In this document: positions 39,728 through 53,437 of the stretch, one piece after another
Numbering within the stretch: position 1 is the first letter of the stretch
How the letters are laid out: the number at the start of each line of letters is the position of its first letter
Source: Eledone cirrhosa
Taxonomy: Eukaryota
Length of the DNA stretch: 64,000 nucleotides
Assembly (NCBI GenBank): GCA_964016885.1
Contig: OZ024748.1
Span: 58,652,001-58,716,000 of the forward strand
Direction: 5' to 3'
Position numbers and translations under genes: made by a program
The notes under the pieces: model-generated
The model's database searches: none
What the model saw: only the letters and a program-made list of their open reading frames with translations
Told to the model about the DNA's origin: nothing

Positions 39728-40199
39728 TATATAAATGTGCGTGTGTGTGTCTGCGTACGTACTTGTGTATTACGTTAAAAGTTCACGTTCATTTCACGAC
39801 CATCCTGTTTCGCTGGTCGAATATATCGACACGGAAAGTTATCGTCGAAACCGATGAAAGCCCAACTCATATACAGAAACATACACAACATATACTTATG
39901 TAAGTTGTCTGAAATCGGATAGTGTTACATGAAAGTGTCTCGCATATACTTTCGTCTTACTAATAAACATTAAATTTAAATTTACCTGCTAATTATCAAG
40001 CCAACACTATTTACGCGTTGCTGCTTGGTTTTCCATTATTGTTTTCCTATTTCTTCTAATTAATATATTTATTTGTACATGGAATTATATCGTATTAAAA
40101 ACAAATAACGGAAAAATTTCAGAGATTTTCTAATTACTAATGGGATAATTAATTTTAGAAAAATCGACCCTCTTTTCTTTCCATATATGTATCCATATG

Positions 40200-40410
40200 T
40201 TTCCATATACATATGTTTTCTAAACGTGGCACGAGGCCATATACTTGGAGAAGGGTAAAGTAGATTATATCGACACCCAATATTTAAATGATACCTTATT
40301 ATATCGACTATATATGCAGCAAAGACTAAGTTGACCTTAGTGTCATTTGAATTCAGAACGTAGAAAATTGTAACAATTTTTGTCTGACACTCGAGTAACA
40401 CTACCAATCT
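40200..40410 (-). mobile_element. Old SINE copy
   Basis: ggcacgaggcc tail, aagttgaccttagtgtcatttgaattcagaacgtag body. Confidence 0.65.
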
Positions 40411-40940
40411 TTGTCTCTTTTATGTTAATGTTACGTTGGCTCTCACTAAGAAGTATCTTTATGATCCATGTGGCTGTAACACACTGAGCCACTTGAACGG
40501 TAATTTCACTTGTAGACGATTCAGTTGTTTAAATAACTGGAATCCGCCCCGTCAGAGCAACGTACATCCATCCATCACATTTTTATCTATAACATTTACT
40601 TTCAGCAATGTGAATATTAAATCACAACACTGATTTATGTAAAACACTCTATATTTCCAAGAACAATATCCCCCGACTCCCCTCAAAATGACATAAAACG
40701 AGTATGGCACAGCAGCTTCTAAGAAACGGATATATATTGTTTTTAGTTGTTTCCTTAAGGGATTCCATACAATATCCATCAACGGCCCTCAAACAAATTT
40801 TCTTACCTTAGTTGTTTTGTTTTTTTATTATTCTACGTAAAGAGTATATTGATTTCATGATTATATTTGGTGCCAAATTAATGAGTTTTCTTAAAATATA
40901 GTGTGCACTGACTCACCCACACTCTCTTTCTCTCTCGCTC

Positions 40941-40990
<50 letters not shown>

Positions 40991-41019
40991 AGAGAGAGAT
41001 ATGTGTGTGCGTAATACAT

Positions 41020-42209
41020 TATAATGTCTATATATAATGTGTGTGTGTATATATAATGTGTGTGTGTGTATATATAATGTATGTGTGTGTGTATATATAA
41101 TGTATATGTGTGTGTGTATATATAATGTATATGTGTGTGTGTATATAATGTATATGTGTGTGTGTATATAATGTATATGTGTGTGTGTATATAATGTATA
41201 TGTGTGTGTATATAATATATGTGTGTGTGTATATAATATATGTGTATGTATATAATATATATATGTGTATGTATATAATATATATATGTGTATGTATATA
41301 TGTGTATGTATATATGTGTATGTATATATGTGTGTGTATATATGTGTGTGTATATATGTGTGTGTATATATGTGTGTGTATATATGTGTATGTATATATG
41401 CGTGTGTATGTATGCGTGTGTATGTATGTGTATGTATATATGCGTGTGTCTGTATATAGTATACGTGTGTGTGTGTGTCTGTATATATGTGTCTGTATAT
41501 ATGTGTGTGTATATATGTGTGTGTATATATGTGTGTGTATATATGTGTGTGTATATATGTGTGTGTATATATGTGTCTGTATATATGTGTGTGTATATAT
41601 GTGTCTGTGTATATTATGTGTGTGTATATTATGTGTCTGTATATTGTGTCTGTATATAATGTGTGTGTATATATGTGTCTGTATATAATGTGTGTATATG
41701 TGTCTGAATATAATGTGTGTGTATATATGTGTGTGTATATTATGTGTCTGTATATATGTGTGTGTATATTATGTGTCTGTATATAATGTGTCTGTATATA
41801 TGTGTGTGTATATAATGTGTGTGTATATAATGTGTGTGTATATAATGTGTGTGTATATAATGTGTGTGTATATAATGTGTGTGTATATAATGTGTGTGTA
41901 TATATGTGTTTGTATATAATGTGTGTGTATATATGTGTTTGTATATAATGTGTGTGTATATATGTGTCTGTATATAATGTGTGTGTATATATATATCTGT
42001 ATATAATGTGTGTATATATATATATGTGTGTGTGTGTGTGTATTATGTGTGTGTGTGTGTATTATGTGTGTGTGTGTATTATGTGTGTGTGTGTGTGTGT
42101 ATTATGTGTGTGTGTGTATTATGTGTGTGTGTGTGTGTGTATTATATGTGTGCGTGTGTGTGTATTGTGTGTGTGTGTAGTATATATATATGTGTGTGTG
42201 TGTGTATAT

Positions 42210-42240
<31 letters not shown>

Positions 42241-42335
42241 ATATTATATATATGTGTGTGTGTGTGTGTGTGTATATTATATATATATATATATGTGTGT
42301 GTGTGTATATTATATATATATATGTACGTATGTGT
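41020..42335. repeat. TG/TA-based minisatellite (12-18-bp units)
   Basis: Read directly, e.g. (gtgtgtgtatataat)n. Confidence 0.97.
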
Positions 42336-42855
42336 ATACATTACAATATAGCTATCTATATCAACATGACATATGACATCTAACACGATTTATTTAACAT
42401 CACGTATCTTTAATGTAATTATCTTCAACTGTGATTAACCTCAAACTCACTTAACCCATAATTAGAAATGTATTACTTGGAAACACACATCAGACTGCTT
42501 TATTATTCAGTTGCATATAACGTTTCTCGCGGGCTTGTACTGATGGAAATACTTTTAAAAACTTTGGTTTTAGGCATTACAAATTTAATGACTTTTTTAA
42601 TCATATAAAAGACAATGTTTGTACAGTTCAGTCTCCGTTTCCTGCCATGTTCCATAGCTGTGAAATATGTACAAACACAGACACATATGTTTGCATGTAT
42701 AGTGAGTCTTGTTACTCTGAAGTTTCGCCTCTTTCTTAGAGTCATAAGAGACACCTCACTATTCAGCCCTAAAATAAGGAATATTTAAACTATTCTTAAG
42801 TATTGTATATTCTTATCTCTCGGTCGTGAACTAGATACGAATATATATATATATA

Positions 42856-43525
42856 TATAAGGAATTTATATCTAGTAACATTTATATACACACAGATGCA
42901 TATCAATGCTAGCAAATATATAGGTTTTGTCTTATTAACAATGTGGTTCAATGCATGGGGTTGCAGAACAATAATATGAGAACATAAAATAAGAAAATTA
43001 TAAAATTAACTTACTTACTAAAAAAATCACTTCCAACTAATTAGTTTCTGGAATGGAGTAAATATATTTTCCGAAGAAACATATAGAAAATCATTCCGTC
43101 ATCAGGAAAGTCTTTTTCCGTATAGGTCTCCAGGCATAGCGAGGACACTGGAAACTTATTAAAAAAATAATTCAGTGGAATGGAAATAGCGATGCGTGGA
43201 CTGGATTCCAAGCCATTGAGAAAATCACTGCCTCTATGTCCGTGGCAAATTCAAAAAGAATCAATCACGTGACATCTAGGTCAATCAGTGGAAAGCGAGT
43301 GGTTATTAAGACAGCGGCTAGCTTACTACCATAGTAGCAGTCATGGCCAAATATTGCTCGACAAATGAATTGGAGATAATTATAAGGAATTTATATCTAG
43401 TAACATTTATATACACACAGATGCATATCAATGCTAGCAAATATATAGGTTTTGTCTTATTAACAATTTACTCCATTCCAGAAACTAATTTTTTAGTAAG
43501 TTAATTTTATAATTTTCTTATTTTA
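42856..43525. repeat. Direct plus inverted repeat module with a truncated hammerhead
   Basis: 87-bp identical direct repeat at 42856-42942 and 43381-43467; 43467-43525 is an inverted copy of ~42985-43062 with small deletions; bounded by (TA)n. Confidence 0.9.
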
Positions 43526-43530
43526 CGTCT

Positions 43531-43567
<37 letters not shown>

Positions 43568-44461
43568 TAAAATAACAGATGCTCTACAGTTCTTATATAT
43601 TTGATATATATTTATCCTTATCGAGCCCTCTTTGGATTTTAGTCTTCAAATTTATTATTATTACTATATATATGTATATATGGAATTTACTGTCGAACGG
43701 CAAGAGTTCATCCATCGGGCTCAGATTCTAAGATATATATATATATATATATATATTAGTAGTACAGATTAAAGTTTAAACAGGAGAGGGCAAACTGTCC
43801 AAGTATCGGTCGATCTCTGATAGGTTTGTGGTGGAGCCTGTAGCGATGGAGTCTTCAAGGCGTTCTTGAACCCCGGAGCACTGCTATCGTGTTGGAGTTG
43901 GCGGCCCCGCGAGGAGATATAGTGGCTATTCAACCATTATATTCTCCATCCTGTCAGCCGAGACCAAGCGGTAAAGAGTAAAATAGTTGGAGGTGGAGGA
44001 TACACGTTCGGATGGACAAACACACAAAATAGATGAAAAGTGTGTACATAGAACGAAAGAAAACGTATTTCAAGTTTACCACTATAGGCGTCTTGTTGTT
44101 AGGTAGTTGATGCAGCATAACATATCATTATAAAAAGTCACCTTAGCTTAGAATCTATTACGAAGTTTATATCTTCCACAATTCGAAAAGGGAAATGACT
44201 GAGCGACTGAAATACGACTGGAGCAGATGTAGAGATATAAGTTCGTGACAAATATCTTCCGGGATTTAGTTTTATTTCCAGATAGTACCGGTTTCAACAT
44301 ACTGAATATGTTCTTTGGAAAGATATGTTTGTATTTATTTGTGTCTATACATGGGCATATTATCTGGGCATATATATATATATATATATACATATTTGTA
44401 TTATATATATGTGTGTGTGTATGTAATATATATATATTGTGTGTGCGTGTGTATACGTATG

Positions 44462-44493
<32 letters not shown>

Positions 44494-44501
44494 CACACAT
44501 C

Positions 44502-44541
44502 CCGAGCTGAAGATCCGCGAAGGTGAAACAATTGTTCTCGG
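44502..44541 (+). ncRNA. Minimal type I hammerhead ribozyme
   Basis: ccgag-CTGAAGA-t-cc-gcgaa-gg-t-GAAAC-AATT-GTT-ctcgg; perfect 5-bp stem I, palindromic stem III, GUU triplet. Confidence 0.75.
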
Positions 44542-44572
44542 CATGGTGAACTAACTGTTGTGTAATCACTTC

Positions 44573-44790
<218 letters not shown>

Positions 44791-44869
44791 TAAACGATCG
44801 ACTTTTTGTCAAATCGGACCGAGGGAACAATGTTTCCGTTGGTCTTTCCAATTGCTAATACTATCTATC

Positions 44870-45009
44870 GGTCGCAACTCCAGGTAGAAGGAGCAACGTG
44901 AAATAAAGTGTCTTGCTCAAGGACATAACGCATCGCCTGGTCCAGGAATCGAACTCACAACCTTACGATTGCGAATCCAATTCTCTAACCACTCAGCCAC
45001 ACGCCTTCA
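44870..45009 (-). mobile_element. tRNA-derived SINE of a third family
   Basis: Minus strand gtgaaggcgtgtggctgagtggttag (A box), gagttcgattcc (B box), tgtccttgagcaagacactttatttcacgttgctcc; related copy at ~49328-49540. Confidence 0.85.
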
Positions 45010-45039
45010 CATGTATATATATATAGATGTATATATACA

Positions 45040-45058
45040 TGTATGCATGTATATATAG

Positions 45059-45103
<45 letters not shown>

Positions 45104-45160
45104 TGTATGTGTAAATGTGTGTGTGTATATATTTATATATAGGTGTATTTGTAAATGTGG

Positions 45161-45199
<39 letters not shown>

Positions 45200-45211
45200 T
45201 GTATTTGTAAA

Positions 45212-45248
<37 letters not shown>

Positions 45249-45423
45249 TTGTATTTGTAAATGTGTGTATATATATATTGGTGTATTTGTAAATGTGTGT
45301 GTGTATATATATATATATATATTGGTGTATTTGTAAATGTGTGTGTGTATATATATATATATATTGGTGTATTTGTAAATGTGTGTGTATATATATATAT
45401 ATATATATTGGTGTATTTGTAAA

Positions 45424-45454
<31 letters not shown>

Positions 45455-45510
45455 GTGTGTATTTGTAAATGTGTGTGTGTGTATGTATATATATATATAT
45501 ATATATATAT
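45040..45510. repeat. Minisatellite with ttggtgtatttgtaaatgtgtg(TA)n unit
   Basis: Roughly ten units with variable TA/TG lengths. Confidence 0.95.
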
Positions 45511-45686
45511 AGGGACATACAGACAGGTAGGTTCAGAAAAAACATTGAGTTGCGTCGGCAAATAATGTAAACCGAGTGGGCGAGGGAATGAAAGGAAACC
45601 AACGGAACAAACAATATCCGATTTTCAACCATCCGTTCTAGACGCAGACGACATATCCAAACTGTCTCTATATATCTTTTCGATAT

Positions 45687-45722
<36 letters not shown>

Positions 45723-45757
45723 GGTGTGTGTATATTATATACATTTTTACATTTCTT

Positions 45758-45796
<39 letters not shown>

Positions 45797-45997
45797 TGTT
45801 GTATATTATAGAGATTTTTACATTTCTTAAATAAGAAGTCGTTTTCTTGTGTTCACGTCGTTACTAGAGAACAAGTTTGGATAAATTTGCGTTCCTTGCA
45901 GACGTTACGCATATTTGGCAACTTTCCCTTCGATATGCTGACTAATTTCCTCCTCAAAACTTGAAATTAGTAAATGAAACTTTGAGGAAACAATGTT

Positions 45998-46042
<45 letters not shown>

Positions 46043-46305
46043 GAAAAATGGCGTGCTGCGTGGTTGCAGTGGGTTACATATGAATAAAATTAATCCTCCA
46101 TCAGTGATCTTCCGACCTTCATTGGTATGTCTTCGCTTTAAATATCATATACCTCTGGGACACGTAAAATAGGGTGAAGCGAGCGAGACATGTAAACAAA
46201 TAGAGATGGTAATGCAACGGAAAGAGAGGAAGGGGAGAAACAAGTCCGGTGAAATCATAGACGAGAGGTAAAGACCATCCGGTATATATATATATATATA
46301 TATAA

Positions 46306-46772
46306 CTAGCTAAACTACCCGTCCTTTGGACGGTTCTTGTAGCTTTCGATGTAGCTCATTAACCTAAACAAAGTAAATTTGAATACATAGAAGAAAAACG
46401 TAGGGCACTATTCCAGCGAAATGATATTGTTATTATTTTTGTTTCAAGTAGTATAAATTGCTGGTTGTGAAGTTATCTTTGTTTCAAAAGGTTATAGATT
46501 GCTGGTTGTGAAATATACGAAATGATATTGTTATTATCTTTGTTTCAAGTAGAAAGAGTAAATTAAAACCCGACTGAGGCTAATTTCGAAAGATAACTCT
46601 TGATTAGGAAACATTTATTTAATCACGAAAATCCAGATAAATAACCGAAACTTGTTAATGTCTCCAAAGGCCCCAATATCGATTATTGAAAGTCTTTGTA
46701 GATCATGTAAAGGTGTTGTGCAAGGAGAAGCTCTGTAAAATATTTCAAAGAAATCGCATGAATGGTTTAGAA
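46306..46772 (-). mobile_element. Probable non-autonomous Helitron, 3' part
   Basis: Minus strand ends CCGTCC-aaa-GGACGG hairpin, 9 nt, then CTAG followed by T. Confidence 0.65.
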
Positions 46773-47419
46773 CACAGGTTGTCAACCCATTTAGGCTAAA
46801 TGTACCCTTTTGTCCCTCGAAATCACGAAATGCCCCCCCTCTCTACACTATTTTTCCATTTTTCAATATACTACTGATTTTGATATCTGTAGATTACTAA
46901 AAAATTGATTAATAATATTCCAAAGATACCATTGCAGGCAGCTGAGAGTATAAATACATTCCTTGAAAGGAAATATATAAATTTCAAAAAAAGGAACATA
47001 AATGTTCTTTTTTATGAATAAGGACCAGTTGAATTTGTTATATTCCCACCAGGCGATGCCAGCTATTTTGAACATTTATACAAGAGCAACTCTGTCTATC
47101 CCAAGTGTACGCTTATCTGGAAAAAAGTGGCAATTATATCATTTCAAAGCTTTCCAATTTTCCCTTTAATGTAACAGCTTAGAGACCACGGAAGAGGGTT
47201 TTCATGACTACGCGGGAGGGTATATTTATTAGTAAATGGTAAAATATATACAACAAATGAGTAAGTGAATTGTAGTAGATGGTTTCCAGACCAGTCAGAC
47301 TGCAACTACAAATAAAAAAAATTGTTAGTTTGCTTTGTAACAATAGCATATCCAAGTTTGCAGATAAATCAACTTACTTTAACTTTGACCTCATTTCAAT
47401 GGGACCCTTGAGCTTTATG

Positions 47420-48440
47420 GAGCCTAGCTGGATTTTCGTAAGATTTAGCCGGAGATCTCCACATGTAATTACATTGTAGCAGTTGCGAGCCTTACTGTGC
47501 AGTCTGTAAACAGCACCAAACCTCCTCTTGACTAAGTATGAGCTTGGAAAAGGCAAAGCAAATCTCTTAGCCTCTGTATGTAGGTGTGGAAATCGACGCT
47601 GAATTTCCTCTTGCATCCAAAAAAGGGGTTCACCTATTTTGGGAAATATAATTTTGATCATGTCATCTGCTTGAAGTTCAATGAATTCTTCCTGAAATAT
47701 AACGTCCAAATCATCGAGGTTAGCTATTAAGGGATCTGCTACCCACATTGGGATGTCCATCGGCAAAAGGTCGACAAACCGTTTTCTCATGTTGTCTTGT
47801 AGCGCACGGAGGTGAGCAGTATAAATTTGGAGTTGGTCATCGCTTACAATGTTTTGAACATTGGCGACACTATGAAAATTATAGAATTCCCGTCAACAAA
47901 GATTCCTTTCGATGACATTCAATTTGGCCAGGAATTTTTTCACAGCATTCCTTGCTTTAAGCAAGGTGATCTTCTTCCCCTGCAAAGCCAAAATGATGCT
48001 ATTGCATTTGTCGATGATGTCGGTGAGGTAGGCGCAGTTTTGCCTCTCATCGAGGGTTTTCTTGTACAGTTCTGTGTTGCGTCCTCGCAGAAACTCAATG
48101 ATAGTCGAACAGTTCAAAGAAGTGAGTAAGGCACTTGCCCTTTGAAAACCACCTCACTTCATTATGAAGGATCAACTTGACGAATTCTTCGTCATTATCT
48201 TGGCACAGTTGCCGGAAAATTCGTTCATTGAGGGAATGCCGTTTGATAAAATTGATGACATCAAGGGCCACCTGCAAGGACTTGCTCAGTGGCTTGCTGA
48301 GTTGCTTGACAGCCAAGTGTTGTCGATGAATGATACAATGAACAACAAATACAGATAGATTTTCTCTCTTCAGAAGAGTGACAAAACCCTTATGTTGGCC
48401 GACCATTGCTCTAGCGTCGTCCGTAGCACATGATACAATG
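47420..48440 (-). pseudogene. Frameshifted Buster/Charlie (SCAND3/ZBED8-like) transposase, C-terminal half
   Basis: CATDDARAMVG, VHCIIHRQHL, HNEVRWFSKG, AYLTDI, LQG, LPFPSSYLV, GDLRL across three ORF-track pieces. Confidence 0.93.
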
Positions 48441-48715
48441 TGTGTTGTATTTGGTCCTAGATGTATGTATTACCTTCCTGTGTGTTGTAGGTAGTCCTAG
48501 ACGTATGTATTACCTGTTTATGTATTGCATGTGGTCTTAGATGTATTACCTGTTTATGTATTGCATGTGGTCTTAGATGTATTACCTGCTTATGTGTTGT
48601 ATGTGGTCCTAGATGTGTGTATTACCTGCTTATGTGTTGTATGTGGTCCTAGATCTGTGTATTATCTGATTGTGTTGTATGTGGTGCTAGATGTGTGTGC
48701 TACCCGCTTCTGTGT
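48440..48715. repeat. 36-40-bp minisatellite (~7 units) inside the hAT element
   Basis: Unit tgtgttgtatgtggtcctagatgtgtgtattacctgctta. Confidence 0.92.
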
Positions 48716-49669
48716 TTTTTTTTTGTTTTTTTTATTTGTAATATTATTTATACAATAGGAAATAAAATAGATCTACATAGTGTTAACTCGTTACGGTTGT
48801 GTCAATAATTCCAGACATGAAATACATTGTTATCTGTGAAGGAAAGACAAGATTTTAACTGGCTACGCTTGAAGTGTCCTTGACCCAGTTGACTGTGGGT
48901 TTTTCTATTGTTAGGATCTCAATTGCCGGTTAATGTCTAGACACGCCTGCACACCTGCTCACAGCTGCGGTCAGACCATAGTTATGCTGTGTACATGCTC
49001 ATTCAAATGCATTCACACTGGCTGTCTCAAAGACATACAAATATAGCTTATAAAACTTACCAAAGTAAGAGCCTTCTAGTGCACTCCAAAGAACCAAACG
49101 CCCCCCCCCCCCCCCCCATACCCCTTTCCCTTTGCTCCCAAACGCCCTCCTGGAGTTCCGAAACGCCCCCTGGGGGTGCATATGCACCCCGTTGAGAACC
49201 TTTGGTTTAGAATATATGAGCCCTCATTAAAAAAGCTCCACACACACGCACGCACGCATTCACACACGCATTCACACACGCATTCACAGACATGCATTCA
49301 CACATACATCAATACTACACTGGATTGTGAAGAAGTGTAGTTTGGTGGTTAGAAGCACACACATATTAGAGCATGGAGCTTGGGAGTTTGATTCTAGGAC
49401 TGGGTGATGCGTTGTGTTTTTGACAAAAAAAAACACTTTATTTCACGTTGCTCCAGTTTACACAGCTGTAGAAATGAGGTGCGATGTTACTGGTGTCAAG
49501 CTGTATCGACCATTACCTTTCCATTGGATAACATTGATGACGTGGATGTTTATGCAGGTTTGGCGGACAACATATCTTCAAGCAGAATGATGGGTTCACT
49601 TTCGAAGAAGATACTTGTTTCAAGAGTGAAACTCTACCTGCCCACACTCATCAGTTCTAATATTTAACA

Positions 49670-50130
49670 GAAGGTTGGTGGATTTGGTAGAATTATTAGA
49701 GCTTCATAAGGGCGGTGGACTGGCAGTATCGGTAGAGCATCGGACACCATGCTTCGCAACATAGAGTTACGGCCCTTTATGATCCGAGTTCAAATCCCGC
49801 CGAGGTTAACTTTGTATTTCATCCTTACGAGGTCGATAAAATAAAGTACTAGTCACGCACTGAGGTCGATTTAATCGACTTTCTCCTCCCCAAAATTGCT
49901 GGCCTTGTGCCTATATAAGAAACCATTATTAGAGCTTCGTATAACATACTATTACAGTGTTTGTTCTGCTTCTTTACATCTTGAGTTCAAATTCTGAAAT
50001 AGTCCATTTTGCCTTTTATCCTTTCGGGGTCGATAGAATAAAGTAACGCTCAAGTACCATGGTTGATATCATCAAATCTGTCATTCCCTTAGGTGTGTTG
50101 GCTTTGTGCCTAAATTGCAAATTAATATTT
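49670..50130 (+). mobile_element. Young SINE (49709-49930) nested in an older SINE
   Basis: attattagagcttc is duplicated on both sides of the young copy; the older copy's head precedes it and its body follows. Confidence 0.85.
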
Positions 50131-52388
50131 TGTGCCACTGTCCATGGGATCAGTGCAATATCTTTACTGGGATACGAACTCCAGAAATTTAGTAGTGAAA
50201 TAATATACACATTTAATCACCTACGAATATCCGTGATTGTTTCAGACATCATCATAGTTTATATTCCTAAATAAGCAGTAGATATTGAAAATTAAACTTT
50301 TAACTAAACCAATTTGAAAGATTACACCAGAAAATATTCTTTCTAAATGTATGTTTACTTCCCCCAATTATTTCTGCTGTCACTCCTAGCAGATTAGTTT
50401 AGGATATACAGAGTAACTGTCACTGGATTTATTAGTGTAGGGTAGGTATTTGATAGCGTCATTCAATTAACATATATTTGTGTATTGTCTTGTAGTCTTA
50501 TGTTAATGGTAAAGTATATTCAGTGATTAAATTCAAAGAATTGTTTATACGTTTGTTCGGATTCTTTTTATTGTCTTGTATGCATCGTTTTGTGACAGGA
50601 AGCTGTATTTTAGTTTTTATATACTAGACTAGACTAATAAGATTATTTAAATATTGCGAAACATTAGTTTTTAAACAATACATAGCGTGACAGAGAAATT
50701 AAATCATGATTATAAAAAACGTAATTCTTAGAAACGAATGTTTGCCGTAAGACGTTCGCTTTACATCTGTTTAATCTTGGGATCTAACCCGCTACGGGAT
50801 ACGATAGAAAAATTGTTTCTGCGATAGCCTCGGGCCAACCAAAGCTTTTATATGGAATCTAATGGATATTAAAACGCTCTGGGGTGGTGCAGTAATTCGT
50901 TTGCACCTGAAAGGTCTCACTACATGACACAAACCCGGGTCATGTGTTTTGTAGAAGACCAGTATTCACACATGCACGCCAATCTCCCCTCTCTATATCA
51001 CCGATGTTGTCCAAATGAAAAGTAAAGTTCGAAGCAGCCTAACACAAAAGAATGTCAATCAATTTAAGAATGAACCCAACAGTTGCCGCTTTTACTCATT
51101 TTTATCCAGCTTAATGGGCTAGGAATACAGGATATAAAGCATATTATTCAAGGATACAACTCTCCGACCAGTCCGAGAATTGAACTCGTGATCGTATGCC
51201 CAGTATCATAACGTTTTGGTCATGAGCCATTACATTCATTGGTGAAATGAAATTATTAACAATACATGAAAATATCACCAGCAATTACCTAATTGTCCTA
51301 GAGAATTATTTCATTTTCCATTATGTTTCCACATCTTTGTCGGTTATTTCGAACATCTATTCTGCATGTGGCTGTAAAAAGTGATTTATGTTTGCATACA
51401 ACAAAGAGGAAATGTAACGTCTAAAGAAAGAACAGCGAAGTTTGCTTTCTCGCTACAAACAAAAAGAAAGATATCGGCAAAGTCATTTACTGGGAATGGA
51501 ATTGTTATGATGCTTTAAAGAAAATGCAAAGAATTACTTAAGGAAAAGTGCTAATAATTCCTTTGGGTTTCACTAGAACCACATCTTGACAGTAACAAAT
51601 GATAATGTTGACAACGAGAACTATGTAAACAAGACACCGTTATATGAAAGATGTTTTATTTTCTTCACAACCACTCGAGCGAACATGTACAAAATGGGAT
51701 TGATTAGCTGTCACGAGAGGTTGAGAACACTCTGGATTTTTTTGTTTTTATCTGCCTTATCTTTATCTGTGTTATTGGTTATTTGTTTGTTTTTATGTGG
51801 GCCGACAGTTGTGTGTGATTTCTTTTAATGGGATGCCGAATGATGCTTAGGGAAATCGATATGAGTTCTGTATAAATGCAATCCTCGGCAATAAGGTTTC
51901 GATACCAGCTTTCTTTCTCTTTTGTTTACGTTATTAATTCATGTCCTACATACGTTTCTTAATAGCATTAACATCTACTGGGTGAAGTGGAAATACCACA
52001 ATTTATGGATGTATATTGTACTAATTTCAAGCATAAATTGATAGATCTTCATAACATTGTGTCGTTGAGTTAAATATTTCGACCATGCCTGTTGTTCTTC
52101 CATAGTTAAGGACACCCAGAGTAATACTATAGATAATTACAAACAGTCAAGATATTTCAGTGTAGTAGTCGTTATTCTATGTTATTTATCTCATCTTACA
52201 CTTTGATTTCGTATATAATGACAAAGTTTAAAATAGATATAAACAAGGGAAATAGTCGGCCACTGTGCATAACTGAGAGTTGATAACACTCGTACTTGAC
52301 AAAATAGTTATCGTCTACCACAAGAGAAATAGAGATTCGTAGCAAGTCACCGATATATCACTTTGATTTTATACCTGTCCATTGAATT

Positions 52389-52571
52389 GATTGGCAGTAT
52401 CAGTAGAGGGTCGGACGCCATGCTTTCCAGCATAGTTACGTCCCTTTACGATCTGAGTTCAAATCCCGCCGAAGTTAACTTTGCCTTTCATCCTTACGGG
52501 GTCGATAAAATAAAGTACCAGTAATGCACTGGTGGATTGCTGGTCTTGTGCCTAAAGTAGAAACAATTATT
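52389..52571 (+). mobile_element. SINE, short-tail subfamily
   Basis: Near-identical to 55805-55978. Confidence 0.9.
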
Positions 52572-53269
52572 TTAATATCCTTCCGATACAACTTTCTAAA
52601 TATTCTTCCTATACATCTTTCTAAATGTGCTGCAAATATTCAACTTCGTTTGCTTCATTTACCTTTTGCAACAATAGGCGGCTACTACGTATAGTGTGTA
52701 CCTAGTTTTAAGAGTTGTACCGGAAATTAAAATGTTCATTTTGATGACACAACAATATATTGAATATTATGGAATTTTCAAAAATGTCAAATATAATGGA
52801 ACATATCTCCTGTCCAGCGATATATTTCCAACAAACGATTAGTAATAGAAGAGACAACATTCTGATTGTTATGTGTACTTGACGAGATGTTTAGTGAAGA
52901 GTGAATGTTAAAGAGACCGACAGCAGTGAAAACAATAAAAAAATAATATAACAAGTAACAGATATGAGAAATATGCAAGATTATTAGGGAAATGAATGGC
53001 AGGCCTTGAATCATAATGAAAAATTAAAAACATAATATTCTAGCTGAGATTGAAGGGGGCCATCACTTTCTTTAGTGGGTTTTAGCCATCACGACACAAT
53101 CAAGAATATTTTGAAACGCCTCCTTCGTGCAAAGGAAACATTTTGTGTAACTTTACAAGGTTGTTGGTATTGTATCTCACAATCATCAAATCACACTTAA
53201 TCAATCGGAGTGTATGATTGATTCATAATATATCGAACACAATGGGATAACATTCAGAGTAGGCAACAG

Positions 53270-53437
53270 CAGACCTGGCGACTCTCCAATTGGGGTGGAG
53301 GAGAGGTGTCTTCTCTTGTGAAGATGATTATAGCTTTCATTTGGTAAAATCTCCCAATGTTTGCCTCATTTGCCCCCATTTGTGGCACCTTTTATCATGG
53401 TACTCCCCGTTTGGGTTTTTAGAGGTTATCAGGTCTG
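53270..53437. mobile_element. MITE, 6-bp TSD family
   Basis: caacag|CAGACCTG...CAGGTCTG|caacgg (5/6 TSD match). Confidence 0.8.

Larger units (their letters stand above)
46773..49204 (-). mobile_element. Charlie/Buster-type hAT transposon, defective
   Basis: Identical 8-bp TSD GTTTAGAA (46765-46772, 49205-49212); TIRs CACAGGTTGTCAAC / CAAAGGTTCTCAAC (12/14); internal transposase remnants. Confidence 0.93.

Noticed and set aside
44940-45009. tRNA gene
   Set aside because: A/B boxes continue into a SINE body, so it is a SINE head
49605-49660. Minus-strand CTGATGA...GAAACAAGTA
   Set aside because: Stems I and II pair only out of register
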